From NCBI RefSeq assembly GCF_030684315.1, contig NC_081369.1:9586035-9650034 (forward strand): a stretch of DNA of 64,000 bases, in the 5' to 3' direction. Both the position numbers and the translations under genes were made by a program. The notes below the pieces were generated by a model, which made no database searches, was not told where the DNA came from, and saw only the letters and a program-made list of their open reading frames with translations. The stretch comes from Stegostoma tigrinum. Its lineage: Eukaryota. Of the stretch, positions 23,717-36,800 are shown piece after piece. Every line of letters begins with the position of its first letter. Within the stretch, counting starts at the first letter, position 1.

Positions 23717-26700
23717 GTACTTTGGTTTTTGATTCACAGAACTGCTTTAATTCATTAAAGACTTTCGATGCAGCTCCTCCTTCCATTAAATAATCTTAAT
23801 TCATCTATCTTGTTAAGAACTTAACTCTCCTATCTTTATGCCGAATACGACAGTTAACTATGTTTTATTTTGTTTCTGACAGCTGCGGACCACACTTGTT
23901 TTAGGGTTACTCAAATACCTAAAAGAGCAGCTGCGAACAGACGGGAAGACATTACCTTCTACTGTACATTCTCAATTTGTCAGCAAAGTTCAAAGCCAAA
24001 TGTAATTTGGTGGAAGCAGGTTGGGAATGAACGTGTTCAGATTGAAGCCAGTGGTAGACAACAATTTGGATTTGAAAATGAAGCAACAGCGTTCCTTAGC
24101 TTGCTGCGCGTTGATATCCAAGATTCTGGACATTATCACTGCACGGTGAATTACCAAGGAATCGGTCAAAGAAGCGGAACCCCGTCCCAGCTATTTGTGC
24201 GTGGTAAGTGAGAGCGACGCTGTCTGAAATAATTTGAAATAACAAGATATTTCCTGATCGCTGATTTCACCAATATTCGCGGTTAAATCGTGTCCAGTTA
24301 TCATTTATACAGGAACCTACCCTTGATATTTCAGTTCCGTTGAAAAAAAGTAAAATTAGACGATCAATATCACCGGTAGAAAACTGAAGCTTTTATAAAT
24401 ATTAACAATTTACACTGTAATTCTAAAGACAGCCTATACACTATGTGCTTTTTGCCGATATACAAAACTTCCGATGTACATAGGCAACAAGAAACCGCTT
24501 TGTCAGGCTATTCGTCCACAATTCTTAGTCCCTGGTATGTTATTGAAGTCGTGTGACTGCCCGACAATTATTTTTTCTGAGATTGAAGATTCTAGAAATT
24601 AATTCTCACATTAATTTCACGTCATAATTTGAAAATCAACATGAACTTATTTCATGAGTGAAGGAATCGATGCAAAAGAAACACACAGTTTGACAGATAC
24701 AAGTAGGTTGAATCACTGACCTAGAATAAATAAAACAACGCAGAGAATCTGTAGCAATAACAAATTTGCTGGAAAAGGTCAGCAGGTCTGGCAGCATTTG
24801 TGGAGGACAAAACAGAGTTAACGTTTCGGGTCCGGCGACCCTTCCTCAGAACTTAAGGTTCAACTGATTCAATGTGTTTTGTCAATTGAAATGCCTTGTT
24901 TTTGAAATCCGACTGATGCAGTGATCTTGGGGTAATCGGCAATCTGCAACTTCACCGCCATTATGCACTTGAGCTTAAAAAAAACACCAGGGCAGACGAG
25001 CACAATTTGCTTTGTTCCTTTCTTGTGCGCAAGCTCAATTTAATTAATTTATTCAAATATGCGACATAAGCATTGCTAAGCATTTTGTAGTTTTGTTCTG
25101 CCGAGGAAGGCCAAGTATTGGATTTGATAATTCAAGTAAAAATGGATAAAAGCCGCTGCCTGGAGAGCTATTTGTTTAATTAACTGAATGTTTGTACATA
25201 AAATTAAGTTGAGAAGAAACTGCACTTCTGAGCATTGTAATTATAGGAATGCATAGCGTCTGTAAATCAGCCTCAAATTTAACAATTTCTGATTTGTTCC
25301 AGTAACTTGGCTTTGTTCAATCTCTGCTTGCAGTTGCTCCAGTCCCACTGAAAATTACGCCCAAGTTACATGAAGAAAATTCACTTGTGTCTTTGACCCT
25401 TCTGTGTGAAACAGCTGCATTTTATCCGGAGGATTTCACCCTCGCCTGGTATAAAAACGGCACGAAAACTACAGTCGGTATAAATACGAGCAAGGTGCAG
25501 AACAGTGAGGGACTGTATGAAGTATCCAGTTCTTTGTTTGATCCTCATCCTCCCTCAAATAATCTCAAGTATACCTGTGAAATATCTCACATCTCCCTCA
25601 AGACGCCTGCTGTTGTAACCCACAGTATTTCCACATTTGGCGGATTCCAAAAAGGCGAGTTATGCTAATTATGAACAAGATTCATCGCACAATGCGTGCA
25701 TTTCATAGAGCTAATCCACGATACTTCCGTGGAAATATCTCCTTTAAATGCATTAAAATAAGTTGAAATGTGAGTTACGAAAGTGGCAAAACTTTACTGG
25801 CATCCAAATTCCTTTATTTATGGAGTTAGTGTTATGTTCAGTAATGAGCTGTTCTATCCGTTTCTTATGTTTTGTCTTTTTTGGCCGTCGTTCATTGTCA
25901 TTATTTCCATGTTAAAAATGCTTTCTTCCTACTAGTGCCTACTTTTCTTGTACTGTTGCCAGTGGGCTACATTGTTTTATTTGGTTTCGCTCTGCTTTCT
26001 AGCGCTGCATTCCCCATTGTTTGTGTCCAGGGCAGAATTCTGAGACTTTATCTCTTGTCAAGTGGTATCTCCCACCCGGCCACGGGAGTTTGGTTGGGAT
26101 CAATGTCACATATACCACAAGGCCTGTGGGATGCCTCGACTGTCTAAAGTGCGTCAGATTTAATGTATTAACGATTTGCTCTCTTTGGCAGCAGTTTGTC
26201 ACCGCACAAAACAATAATTAATTACATCTACCCCATAAAAGTCCTTTGCTACGCAGTGTGTCGTCGATTTATTTGTACATGGTTCTTAACCATTTGCCCC
26301 GGTTCTCAAGTTGGTGAAGTCAGCAGTGAAATCATGCCACTAATTTCAAAAGGGCATATGTTAAGAAGTCAGAAAAGTCAAGAAGCCCAACACTGTGGTC
26401 CACAGTGAATCAATCTATCATGTAAGCCTACACTTCCAAAACAATTTTTCTACATCCTTGAACAGACAATCTATTTCTGAGATTGATTCAGAATTTGCGT
26501 TTGTTGGAAGTAGAAGTCACTTCAACATTCAACTGAAATAATATTTGGCACTTCAGCTTTCTCATTGCCCTTCAATAGCGCGGTGCAATTGAAAACACCA
26601 TTATACTGTAAGCAAGAAACTACAGCAAGACTTTTTCAAACATCGTCAGAAAATAATGTCCTCTTACTTTTGCAGAGGAGTGCAATACTCCAGTCGTCTT

Positions 26701-27998
26701 ATGGGCCCTAATTTCAATCATGGTGGGATTTGCGCTGGTTGTGCTAATGGCTGTAATTGCAAAGCGGCATGGACTTCGGTTTAACAAAAGTAAGGTCGAC
26801 TGCCAACTCTCTTGATCTTCGGTCTAGTTGTAGTCTAAGGATAACAAACGGGCGTAGCGCGGAGTAGTACGGAAAGAGAAAATATTTGAAATTGAAAATG
26901 CAATGGGTTTATTTTTCAGCGCGCTCAGATTGCTCCAAATACAGTTCATAAGGCAGAATTGTTCACACATTTGTGATCAACACGTTAATTTCCAGATGCA
27001 TTAGGTTCCAATATAAAAACTGTACTGTTCAAAGCAATTAATGAAATGTGCCGTGACAAACACCAAATTGGCAATTTGATTGTTCTGCCGAGGAATGGTT
27101 GGTCCTTGAAGAACAGGAGGATTAAGAACACATGGTAACGATGCAATACCATATTGTTGGCTCTGCTGCTAGCAATATAAACATTGTGTTGTGCCTCAAC
27201 TGCGCATTCGAAGCCTCTTTTTCACTTGGAATCAGAAATGTAAAGCTTCGTTTTCCATATGAAAACTGGGTTAATATTTCTATCATGCAATATAATTAAA
27301 TTTTATTGATATATAGATAAAGAAGAATGCACAAGGCAACCGGATGATCGTGACAAAGTGGTAAGTTCATTCCTTCAACCTGGTAGGTGTTTGCAATAAA
27401 TTGAACGATTGCAAAAATGGAAGTAATATGTACTAATCACGTCAGAGTATTTTATGATTGTTTGTTGAAGGACGTGTTCATCCAATGACGTTTGAAAAAC
27501 TGTTGGTACAAGATTGTTACTGATAAAGAATTTTAGTTGGATTTTAAAAATCTCGTTATAACTATGAGAATGCTTCTAACTAATAACACTTTAAATCACT
27601 CAGTCATTCTTTAGTTTTGGACACAAATTTACTGTCCAATGCTGCTGCCTTTTGACACTAAAATAGTATGTTCCAGAGTGAATGTGAAGAAGCTTTGCTT
27701 GTTATACTAGTCACTGTGCATTAATATTTGTATGCACGGGAATAAATCTGAAATGAGGATTCTGCTAGTGATCTCGTGCCCAGGTTAAAAGTGTTCAGTG
27801 CTTTTTGAAAGAATTGTTGAAGACATGAAATAGGAACTCGATGAAATATTTTCTTTTTGGTCCTTGCAGGTTGCCGTGGCTCAAGATGTGCAATATTCTG
27901 CAGTCCATTTCAGCAGAGACAAAACAGCTTCAACACACACATTTCAAACAGAGAGAAACATGAATAATGAGGTAGGGCTGACTAACAGAAGAGTTTAA
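23662..27998 (+). CDS. Gene A: type I IgSF receptor, leader-VJ-C1-TM-ITIM tail (NKp30-like V, SIRP/B7-H6/tapasin-like C1), predicted inhibitory, 327 aa
   Basis: Exons 23662-23716, 23883-24203, 25334-25654, 26676-26789, 27317-27360 and 27870-27998 join in frame (984 nt; phases 1,1,1,1,0). All introns are GT-AG except a GC donor at 25655. Exon order and most exon sizes match gene B. Confidence 0.88.
23883..24203 (+). CDS. Gene A exon 2, Ig V domain with germline J-like G strand
   Basis: VTQ.P, ITFYC, VIWWKQ, DSGHYHC, GTPSQLFVR; bounded by ctgacAG and GTAAGT. Confidence 0.92.
24816..24853 (-). ncRNA. Minimal hammerhead-ribozyme-like motif inside a Penelope-type fragment (about 24755-24853)
   Basis: AGTT-CTGAGGA-A-GGGTC-GCCG-GACCC-GAAAC-GTT-AACT: 4-bp stem I, 5-bp stem II, palindromic stem III. 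Confidence 0.6.
25334..25654 (+). CDS. Gene A exon 3, Ig C1-set domain
   Basis: LTLLCETAAFYPEDFTLAWYKNG...GLYEVSSSL...YTCEISHISLKTP (C1 motifs FYP, W, YxCxxxH). Confidence 0.92.
26676..26789 (+). CDS. Gene A exon 4, connecting peptide and uncharged TM
   Basis: EECNTPVVLWALISIMVGFALVVLMAVIAKRHGLRFNK; bounded by tttgcAG and GTAAGG. Confidence 0.88.
27317..27360 (+). CDS. Gene A exon 5, cytoplasmic 1
   Basis: 44 nt, NKEECTRQPDDRDKV, GTAAGT donor; near-identical 44-nt exon in gene B. Confidence 0.85.
27870..27998 (+). CDS. Gene A exon 6, cytoplasmic 2 with ITIM
   Basis: VAVAQDVQYSAVHFSRDK...RRV*; VQYSAV fits the [S/I/V/L]xYxx[I/V/L] consensus. Confidence 0.85.
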   Translation, partial: VAVAQDVQYSAVHFSRDKTASTHTFQTERNMNNEVGLTNRRV

Positions 27999-30130
27999 GT
28001 CATCAGTATAATATGGCGGTTCACGCTGTCGATGAGAACATTCACCTCTGTTGACACTGACTATGTGAGATATTGAGAGTTATTTGCGCGTACTTCTGAT
28101 GACCACTTTGCAGAAATCTTGTAAAAAGACACATTGCCAATATTTATAAATGCTGCTTTTACAGGACCCACAAGACGCAATCGGTAATACGGTGACGTAC
28201 ACCACACTAATGCTGAATAGTTCAGTGAAGCCGGAGGTGTACCACATTCCCAAAGAAGGCACAGAGTACGCTGCGTTGCAGACTGGAAGACGAAAATGAG
28301 TAAGAGAAAATATTTAAGTACAAACAAGAAATAACAAGCCATAACAATTTGGATGCGGAAGATACTGCTCAGACATAGACTGACACGTTTTTATTCTTTT
28401 CTGCTTAGAACTTCGGGCCTGTAGAATCTCTTATCTGCAAATAGGCATTGCAGTCGTATATCAGACAGGAATAGTTATGAACTATCACTCTAATATCAGC
28501 TTAATCTCATATGGTTGTTTTGAATTGCATCGGTGATGTGTGTTGAAAGTATGTTGCAAAGACGCTTTGCGTGCGGAGGGCTCTGCCCCTTAAGGACTTC
28601 CGCTTCTAGTTTCCGGTTTCTTGTATCCTCTCAGAATCTATGCTTTTCCCTTCTATTAATACAGGCTCAAAGCCAAGCTGCTTGGTCTTGCAGGTGAACA
28701 ATTCCTAATTCATGGGGCATGCAACCTGGTGTATATAACGTGCTATACCAGTCTCACCCTGCATCATTTTCCAGCAGTTTCTGTGCCAAAGTGACGTCAT
28801 GTGCAGCCAGCAGGCAACCGTGTCTCAACATCTTGAAGAAACAATCCACGGCGGCAACAATCATTCATTCACGATCGCTTTGCACATTAAGGCATGAGCA
28901 GCCTGCAACTTCACTCTAACTGACTCTAAGATCGGGTATTTGATCAGAATGGTGTTGATCAGAGTTGCAGTCCAAGGACTGGGGCATGGTCAGTCTTGTA
29001 GTTTCATCGGGATCAGTCCATGGATGAAGGCAAACGCAATCATTCAACAACATGGGCACAACTAGTCCAGGGCTTTCGGTTCAGATCCATCCACAGAAAG
29101 AAGTATGAGGAAACAAAATGTCAATGGCGGTTAAGGTGTAATGGGTAGCGTTCAGGAAAGTACAGTTGACACCGAGATGAAATCAGTCACGTATGATTTA
29201 AATGGCGGAGCAGGATCGAGGGACTGAATTTCTTGCTTTGGGTTTTAGTTCTTATGTTCTTACCATTGTGAGTTTTGGAATCCCTTTCCTTAAAAGGCAG
29301 TGGATGCGGAATTTTAAAGCATTTTAAGGTAAAGGCTGATATATTGTTGATGACCAAGGGGATGAAAGGTTATCAAAAATATGCAGGAATGTAGAATTGA
29401 GGATAAAATTAGATCTCCTGTGATCTTATTCAATGGCAGAGCACGTTTGAAGTTTAGAGTAGCCTACGTTAGTTTTTATGTTCACATCAACATAACTTGG
29501 GAGGCAGCAGCCACTTGAAGGAAACTCGGGAATCTAGTTATGTAGTTTGGGTGCTACAGCCTCAATGGGAGAAAGGGAGACTGACAATAGGGAAGGAAGT
29601 TTGAATGTTTTTTTGTGCCAGCATAGTTTAAAGGACGCTTATAAATGGACTCAGGGACGAGGATAGCTTGTCCACAGTTACGATCACCATGGCATGAAGG
29701 AAGAGAAGTGTGAGACCATACCTGGTATGGTCACCTCATGTTCCAAGGAACTTGAGATTGTGGGGTTGCATGAAGGTGGGCAGGAGGTGCATAGTGCAAA
29801 CCCATGTAGACAGGTTATGTGGGTACTTATAGAAATTTAAAACAGATGGAATTTCAAAAGAAGGGAGATCAGGAAAGTAGAGTGGATGTTCTGGGGTTCT
29901 CACATGTTGAGGTGACTGGAAGCCACTGAGCAAAGATCCGTCACTGTTGTCTTCAATCTTGCTGAAATTGTAATGCGTGAATTGTGAAGCATAATGGTGA
30001 AGAAACACATGGAGATAGTGTCCCGACCTGTGAGTGAGGGGACTGTATGAATATGCCGATATGAGTCTTTTGAAATGGAAACCACATTGTACATATACCC
30101 CTAAATGATAAAAGACCTAGACCTGCAGAC

Positions 30131-30476
30131 GTCTGTCTCTGCCTCCCTAACCTGTTCTTCCTCTCACCCATCCCTTCCCCCCAACCCAAGCCGCACTTCC
30201 ATCTCCTACCTACTAACCTCATCCCACCTCCTTGACCTGTCCATCTTCCCTGGATTGACCTATCCCCTCCCTACCTCCCCACCTATACTCTCCTCTCCAC
30301 CTATCTTCTTTTCTCTCCATCTTCGGTCCGCCTCCCCCTCTCTCCCAATTTATTCCAGAACCCGCTCCCCACCCCCCTCTCTGATGAAGGGTCTAGGCCC
30401 GAAACGTCAGCTTTTGTGCTCCTGAGATGCTGCTGGGCCTGCTGTGTTCATCCAGCCTCACATTTTATTATCTTAA
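30131..30476 (+). mobile_element. Penelope-like element 3' fragment with a pyrimidine-rich tract and hammerhead-like core
   Basis: CTGATGAAGGGTCTAGGCCCGAAACGTCAG at 30381; flanked by near-direct repeats ACC(T/C)GCAGAC. Confidence 0.7.
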
Positions 30477-31149
30477 ACCCGCAGACTGCCTGATCTCTGA
30501 CAATGACAGGATATTAAACCATAAGGATATCGACCATCCACACCAGTATATTTGCATGGAGAGGCTAAGGAAATGTGTCAGGATATCTCACCATGAAGGA
30601 CAAAGATGTCAGCATAAGGCATTGCTCAACATTCACATTGTTCATTTCCCTTCACAGGATTTCGTTTCCTTCCTGTCCCTACCACTATGTCAAAGCGTTG
30701 TCCCTGGTTTCATCAGAGGGAACTGGCCTCAGCAGTGGAAACTGTAGGTCTTGGACGTTTTGTAAGGAACGCTGGGATTTCTGTGTCAGAAATAATGTTT
30801 TGATTGCAAATTTGAATGTTAAATAGCTCAATCGTAAGGCAATACAAAATTAGAAATTTTGTGCTTAACATTTCCGCATTTATCCCAACTTTCACTGCAA
30901 CACCAACAAAGAATTGTTCTATTTTTCGATACAATGCCTCTGCTCATATTGTGAATAAAGTATGTTAAGTAACATAGTTACAGATCATAAATCGTTTGAA
31001 AGTTTGTCAATGAATTTCAACCAGACAAATTTGTGTAATAAAGTGATCTGTTGCAACAAATTCATCATCGTACCGTGTGATTAACAGCGTTGACGTGAAT
31101 AAAGCACTGTTTGGCAGACAGGAAGCATAGAATTTCAATGCATTCATCA

Positions 31150-32200
31150 TTTTTGGAGTTTTCAGGCAGTTGCTATTTGGGGTAGCACAGGGATCACAGC
31201 TTGGGTCCCAGTTATTCACAAGACATATTTATAACATGGATGAGGGAACTAAACGTAATATCTGCAAGTTTGCAGACGCGCACAAAGCTGGATGCGAGCG
31301 TAAAATGCAAGATGTTTGCAGCGATGCTTCAGTTTGATTTGGATAACCTAAGTGAATGGGCAAATGCATGGTAGATCAAGTATAATGTAGATCGATGTGA
31401 TGTTATGAGTTTAGTAGCAAAAGCTGGAATTCAGATTATTATTTCAATAATTGTCAATTGGCAAGGAGAAGGGGCATGACGAAATGAGATTTGGGTATCT
31501 TTGTACATTAGTCACTGAAAGCAAGCATGCATTTGCATCAGGTCGTGAAGAAGCGACTAGTTTGTTGACCTTCAAAGCAAGTGGATTTAAATAGAGGAGC
31601 AGGGATGTCTTACTGACAATGTACAGGGTCTTGGTGAGACCAACCAAGAGTTTCGTGTGAATTTTGTTCTCCGTTTCTGAGAAAGCCTGTCCTCGCAATA
31701 CGGGGAATGCAACACAGTTTCCAGACTAACTCCTGGGATTGCATAACTGACACATGCATACAGATTGAATCGATAAGGACTATATTCACAGGAATTTGAA
31801 AGAATGAGGCGAGATTACATAAAAATCTGACAAAACTGGACAGAGTAAGCGCAGGAAAGATGCTCCGATTGATCAGCGAAGCCAGAACTAGGGATCACAG
31901 ACGAGAGATGTGGGGAAGGCCATTTAGGATTGAGATGAGGAAAGATTTCTACATCTCGAGTGGTGAGTCAATGGAATTCTCTGCCAAAGAAAGTGGGTTA
32001 GGCAAAATATTAACTGTTTGCACGGATGAGTTCGAGATATTTCTCCAGGCTAAAAGTATAAAAAGACGCTGAGGGAGGCGTTGGGAAGAGAGTGAGAATT
32101 CAGCCAACTTGGATTCAGTGACTAGGATGATCAGCCAATGGTCATGTTGAATGCCTTGGATGGCTGAATTACCATCTCTTACTTTTGAGTTCATCTATTT
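31150..32200 (+). mobile_element. Old degenerate CR1 LINE RT and 3' end
   Basis: Decayed GVAQGSQLGSQLF, KFAD and RTRDHRREMWGRPFRIEMRKDF. Confidence 0.75.
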
Positions 32201-32654
32201 TTGTTTTAAGGTCATGAACAGGCGATTTCACACATTTTATCAGGTAGCTACCGCTTTTCTAGCTGTAGGAAAACAGTTTGAAAAGTGGTCACCAAGAGCA
32301 TAAATTTCCATTACTACAGCTAAGAACTGTCAGGGCATTTTAAGCATTCAGAATGGACAATTATGCATTGACATCGTGTGTAATTAATCGAATTAGCTGT
32401 GTTGCTCTTTAGGAATTTTGCTTTGAATACCTGTGGAGTTTGGCGTGAAGTGGTTTTTTGGTATTTGCATCATTAACGAGCATGTTTGCGCACCCCTCTG
32501 TTTCTGTTAGATGCTCCATTGTTCATGAACATTCACAAATAGTTTTAAAATGACTCGTCAGCTATGATCTGATTGACTCATTGTGGGACCACAACTCTTT
32601 CTATTCATGTGGTCGCCATTTAATAACGCACATACGATCCTGTAATGATTTTCC

Positions 32655-34737
32655 CAGTGGAGATGGTTTAAGGAACAGTTGTTGGGAGTGATGAGTAAAT
32701 ATGTCCCTCTGAGACAGGCAAGACGGGGTAAGATAAAGGAACCTTGGATGACGAGAGCGGTGGAGCTTCTAGTGAAAAGGAAGAAGGTAGCTTACATAAG
32801 GTGGAGGAAGCTAGGGTCAAGTTCAGCTAGAGAGGATTACATGCAGGCAAGGAAGGAGCTCAAAAATGGTCTGAGGAGAGCCAGGAGGGGGCACGAGAAA
32901 GGCTTGGCAGAAGGAATCCGGGAAAACACAAAGGCATTTTACACTTACGTGAGGAATAAGAGAATGGTCAAAGAAAGAGTAGGGCCGATCAGGGATAGCA
33001 TAGGGAACTTGTGTGTGGAGCCTGAGGAGGTAGGGGAAGCCCTAAATGAGTTTTTTGCTTCTGTCTTTACGAAAGAAACGACCTGTGTAGTGAATGAAAC
33101 CTTTGAAGAGCAGGTGTGCATGCTGGAATGGATAGAGATAGAGGAAGCTGATGTACTGAAAATTTTGTCAAACATTAAGATTGACAAGTCGCCAGGCCCG
33201 GATCAGATTTGTCCTCGGCTGCTTTGGGAAGCGAGAAATGCAATTGCTTCGCCACTTGCGAAGATCTTTGCATCCTCGCTCTCCACTGGAGTCGTACCTG
33301 AGGACTGGAGAGAGGCAAATGTAATTCCTCTCTTCAAGAAAGGAAATAGGGAAATCCCAGGCAATTATAGACCGGTAAGTCTCACGTCTGTCGTCTGCAA
33401 GGTGTTAGAAAGGATTCTGAGGGATAAGATTTATGACCATCTGGAAGAGCATGGCTTGATCAAATACAGTCAACACGGCTTTGTGAGGGGTAGGTCATGC
33501 CTTACAAACCTTATCGAGTTTTTTTGAGGATGTGACTAGTAAGGTTGATGAGGGTCAAGCTGTGGATGTGGTGTATATGGACTTCAGTAAGGCATTTGAT
33601 AAGGTTCCCCATGGAAGGCTCATTCAGAAGGTCAGGAGGAATGGGATACAGGGGAACTTAGCTGCTTGGATACAGAATTGGCTGGCCAACAGAAGACAGC
33701 GAGTGGTAGTAGAAGGAAAATATTCTGCCTGGAAGTCAGTGGTGAGTGGGGTTCCACAGGGCTCTGTCCTTGGGCCTCTACTGTTTGTAATTTTTATTAA
33801 TGACTTGGACGAGGGAATTGAAGGATGGGTCAGCAAGTTTGCAGACGACACAAAGGTCGGAGGTGTCGTTGACAGTATAGAGGGCTGTTGTAGGCTGCAG
33901 CGGGACATTGACAGGATGCAGAGATGGGCTGAGAGGTGGCAGATGGAGTTCAACCTGGATAAATGCGAGGTGATGCATTTTGGAAGGTCGAATTTGAAAG
34001 CTGAGTACAGGATTAAGGATAGGATTCTTGGCAGCGTGGAGGAACAGAGGGATCTTGGTGTGCAGATACATAGATCCCTTAAAATGGCCACCCAAGTGGA
34101 CAGGGTTGTTAAGAAAGCATATGGTGTTTTGGCTTTCATTAACAGGGGGATTGAGTTTAAGAGTCGTGAGATCTTGTTGCAGCTCTATAAAACTTTGGTT
34201 AGACCGCACTTGGAATACTGCGTCCAGTTCTGGGCGCCCTATTATAGGAAAGATGTGGATGCTTTGGAGAGGGTTCAGAGGAGGTTTACCAGGATGCTGC
34301 CTGGACTGGAGGGCTTATCTTATGAAGAGAGGTTGACTGAGCTCGGTCTCTTTTCATTGGAGAAAAGGAGGAGGAGAGGGGACCTAATTGAGGTATACAA
34401 GATAATGAGAGGCATAGATAGAGTCGATAGCCAGAGACTATTTCCCAGGGCAGAAATGGCTAGCACGAGGGGTCATAGTTTTAAGCTGGTTGGTGGAAAG
34501 TATAGAGGGGATGTCAGAGGCAGGTTCTTTACGCAGAGAGTTGTGAGAGCATGGAATGCGTTGCCAGCAGCAGTTGTGGAAGCAAGGTCATTGGGGTCAT
34601 TTAAGAGACTGCTGGACATGCATATGGTCACAGAAATTTGAGGGTGCATCCATGAGGATCAATGGTCGGCACAACATTGTGGGCTGAAGGGCCTGTCTGT
34701 GCTGTACTGTTCTATGTTCTATGTTCTATGTTCTATA
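32655..34737 (+). mobile_element. Young 5'-truncated CR1 LINE with a single +1 frameshift in a T-run near 33520
   Basis: ORFs 32679-33527 and 33532-34641 carry all RT motifs (KFADDTK); (TTCTATG)n tail. Confidence 0.97.
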
Positions 34738-36339
34738 TTGTGTGTCAGGCGGCTTGTTTCCACTCCTGGCTTAGACCCCTTTGTTGGCAACAGAATTAGT
34801 CGACTGAATTGATGACAATAATAGTGTCAGCGATATGCAGTACAATAATGTTACAGATTGTCTTTAAAGCCAACACTAACGCATGGAGAAACACAAATGG
34901 CATTCCCTTATCCTTAATTGAAAGTCTTTTTACATGATACATAATAATATCCGTCACCGTCAACGAATTAAGAAGAAGCAAAGCAAACTGAGCAATCAGA
35001 AGATTATGGAAACGTTTCTTTATATCATACGAATTAATACGCAAGGATATAGAATGATTCATCATTGGATGTAACCAGGATTCTTTCACAGAAGTGCAAC
35101 AGGTCAAATATGCGGCTGATTTCAAGCAAAAAAAAACGACTTTCCAACATTGACATGACACTATAGCCTAATATTAAGCTCTGCAAACTAAGCACCATGT
35201 CAGCATCTGCTATGCTGCAATCTTCCTTCCATACCACCCAGGCTTGGCGCTCGCTGGATTTTATGCTGCTCTCCGCTTCTCTTCAGTTCCTAATCGTTGA
35301 TCTGCGATGAACCTAGAACGGGATGTCAATTTCATGATCGAACTGTATACTCTGCGTTCTCTAGTCAACCTTATTAGAACTGGGACGGAACGGGCAATGT
35401 GTGAGTAACATCCAAATTATTTTATGCTGCCAAGGAAAGCACAACTTTTCCTCTAGACTCGATGAGTACAAAATTGATTCGACAAATCTGTCTCCCAAAT
35501 TTTCTGCTTTACGATCAAAGTAAGTGATCACCTAACCTTCTTTGTGTTAAGGTGTTGTCCAAATGTTGAATATATCAGGGTGGTGTTTATTGATTTTCAG
35601 CGAGGTTAATGCCCCTCAGTGCAGTTTAGCTATCCCGAAACAACTTACTCGTCTTTCACCATTCAATAATCACCATTCAATCGCATGATATCAATAATGC
35701 TAATAAGGAAAATATGGTGAAATCCTATTTATTGAAATAATGTTAATTTCTGCTAGAGTCGATGTAGGAAGATTTACTCATGCCTGAGCAATTTACATAA
35801 GCTCAAAGAGAACAGGAAACCAATTTATGAAGTGATTCCAGGTAATCCAAAATACTTACAGGCGGCATGTTTGCAACAGAAACTAGTCAATCACGTTGAC
35901 TGATATGGTTTAGGGAGGGGATGCTCTAGAAAGATATTGGCTAAAGTTCTAAACAGACATTTTGAAAGAACAGATGAATTTTACTTGGCAAAACCTTTAC
36001 ACTTTTGGCCAACTTGAACGTTTCTGATTCATTCCAGAAAATAATTTTCCAACTTCAACGACAGTTTATCTTCGTATTGTTACAGATTTTTCATTAACGT
36101 GGCACTGATAATGAACACAATTCACGCACTGCCTATCCTCTGTTCGGGTACATATTTGTGAAAGTAACGCAAACTGGAGTTTGTGCCGCAAAAGTTTCCA
36201 GTCTTACCATGACTGTTGATGTAAGTGATGCTGGCGGGCACCTTAAGACAGTTGTGGCTGGCAGGTATAAACTACACCATCCTGCACACGCCGTGCTTCT
36301 TCCAACGAACTCGAAACTTCATGAAGTCAATCCAAGGTC

Positions 36340-36800
36340 TTAGTCATACAGTCAGATTTGTACAGCACGGAAACAAGCCCTTCAATCCAAACCCTCCATA
36401 CCGACAATACATCCTAAATCAATATACTCTCATTTACAAGCATTCGGCCCATATCCCTCTAAATCCTTCCTATTCATTTACATATTTTAAATGTTGTAAT
36501 TATATCCAACACTACCCCGGCAACTCATTCTTACTGATACCACCCTCTGCGTGCAAGGGAATGCCCCTAAATTCATTCTCAAATCTTTTCTGCCTAATCA
36601 TAAATTTGTGCCCTCTAGTTTTTGTCTCCCCTGACCTTGGAAATAAACGACCTTGACTGTTCACCCTTTCCATACCCTTCATGATTTTATAAACCTCCTT
36701 AAGGTCACTCCTCAGCTTCTGATGTTCCAGGGAAGATAGCCCCAGCCTATTCAGTCTCACTGCTCGAAAACTCCAATCCCGGCAACGTCCTTTAAAATAT
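36340..36800 (-). mobile_element. CR1 3' fragment
   Basis: ORF 36512-36760: RLNRLGLSSLEHQKLRSDLKEVYKIMKG...KTRGHKF. Confidence 0.85.

Noticed and set aside
23883-25654. Calling genes A and B bona fide Ig light chain, TCR or NCR3 genes
   Set aside because: V and J are fused with no RSS, there is no FGxG, and the TM plus multi-exon cytoplasmic tail is unlike IgL or TCR. NKp30 lacks a C1 domain. No symbol assigned.
30105-30425. Pro/Ser/Leu-rich ORF
   Set aside because: Translation of the pyrimidine-rich tract of a Penelope-like fragment
33624-34336. Overlapping ORFs such as MKAKTPYAF..., MRSNQSF... and MAAWRNRG... (also 62994-63706 and 1779-2499)
   Set aside because: Antisense or alternate-frame shadows of CR1 ORF2
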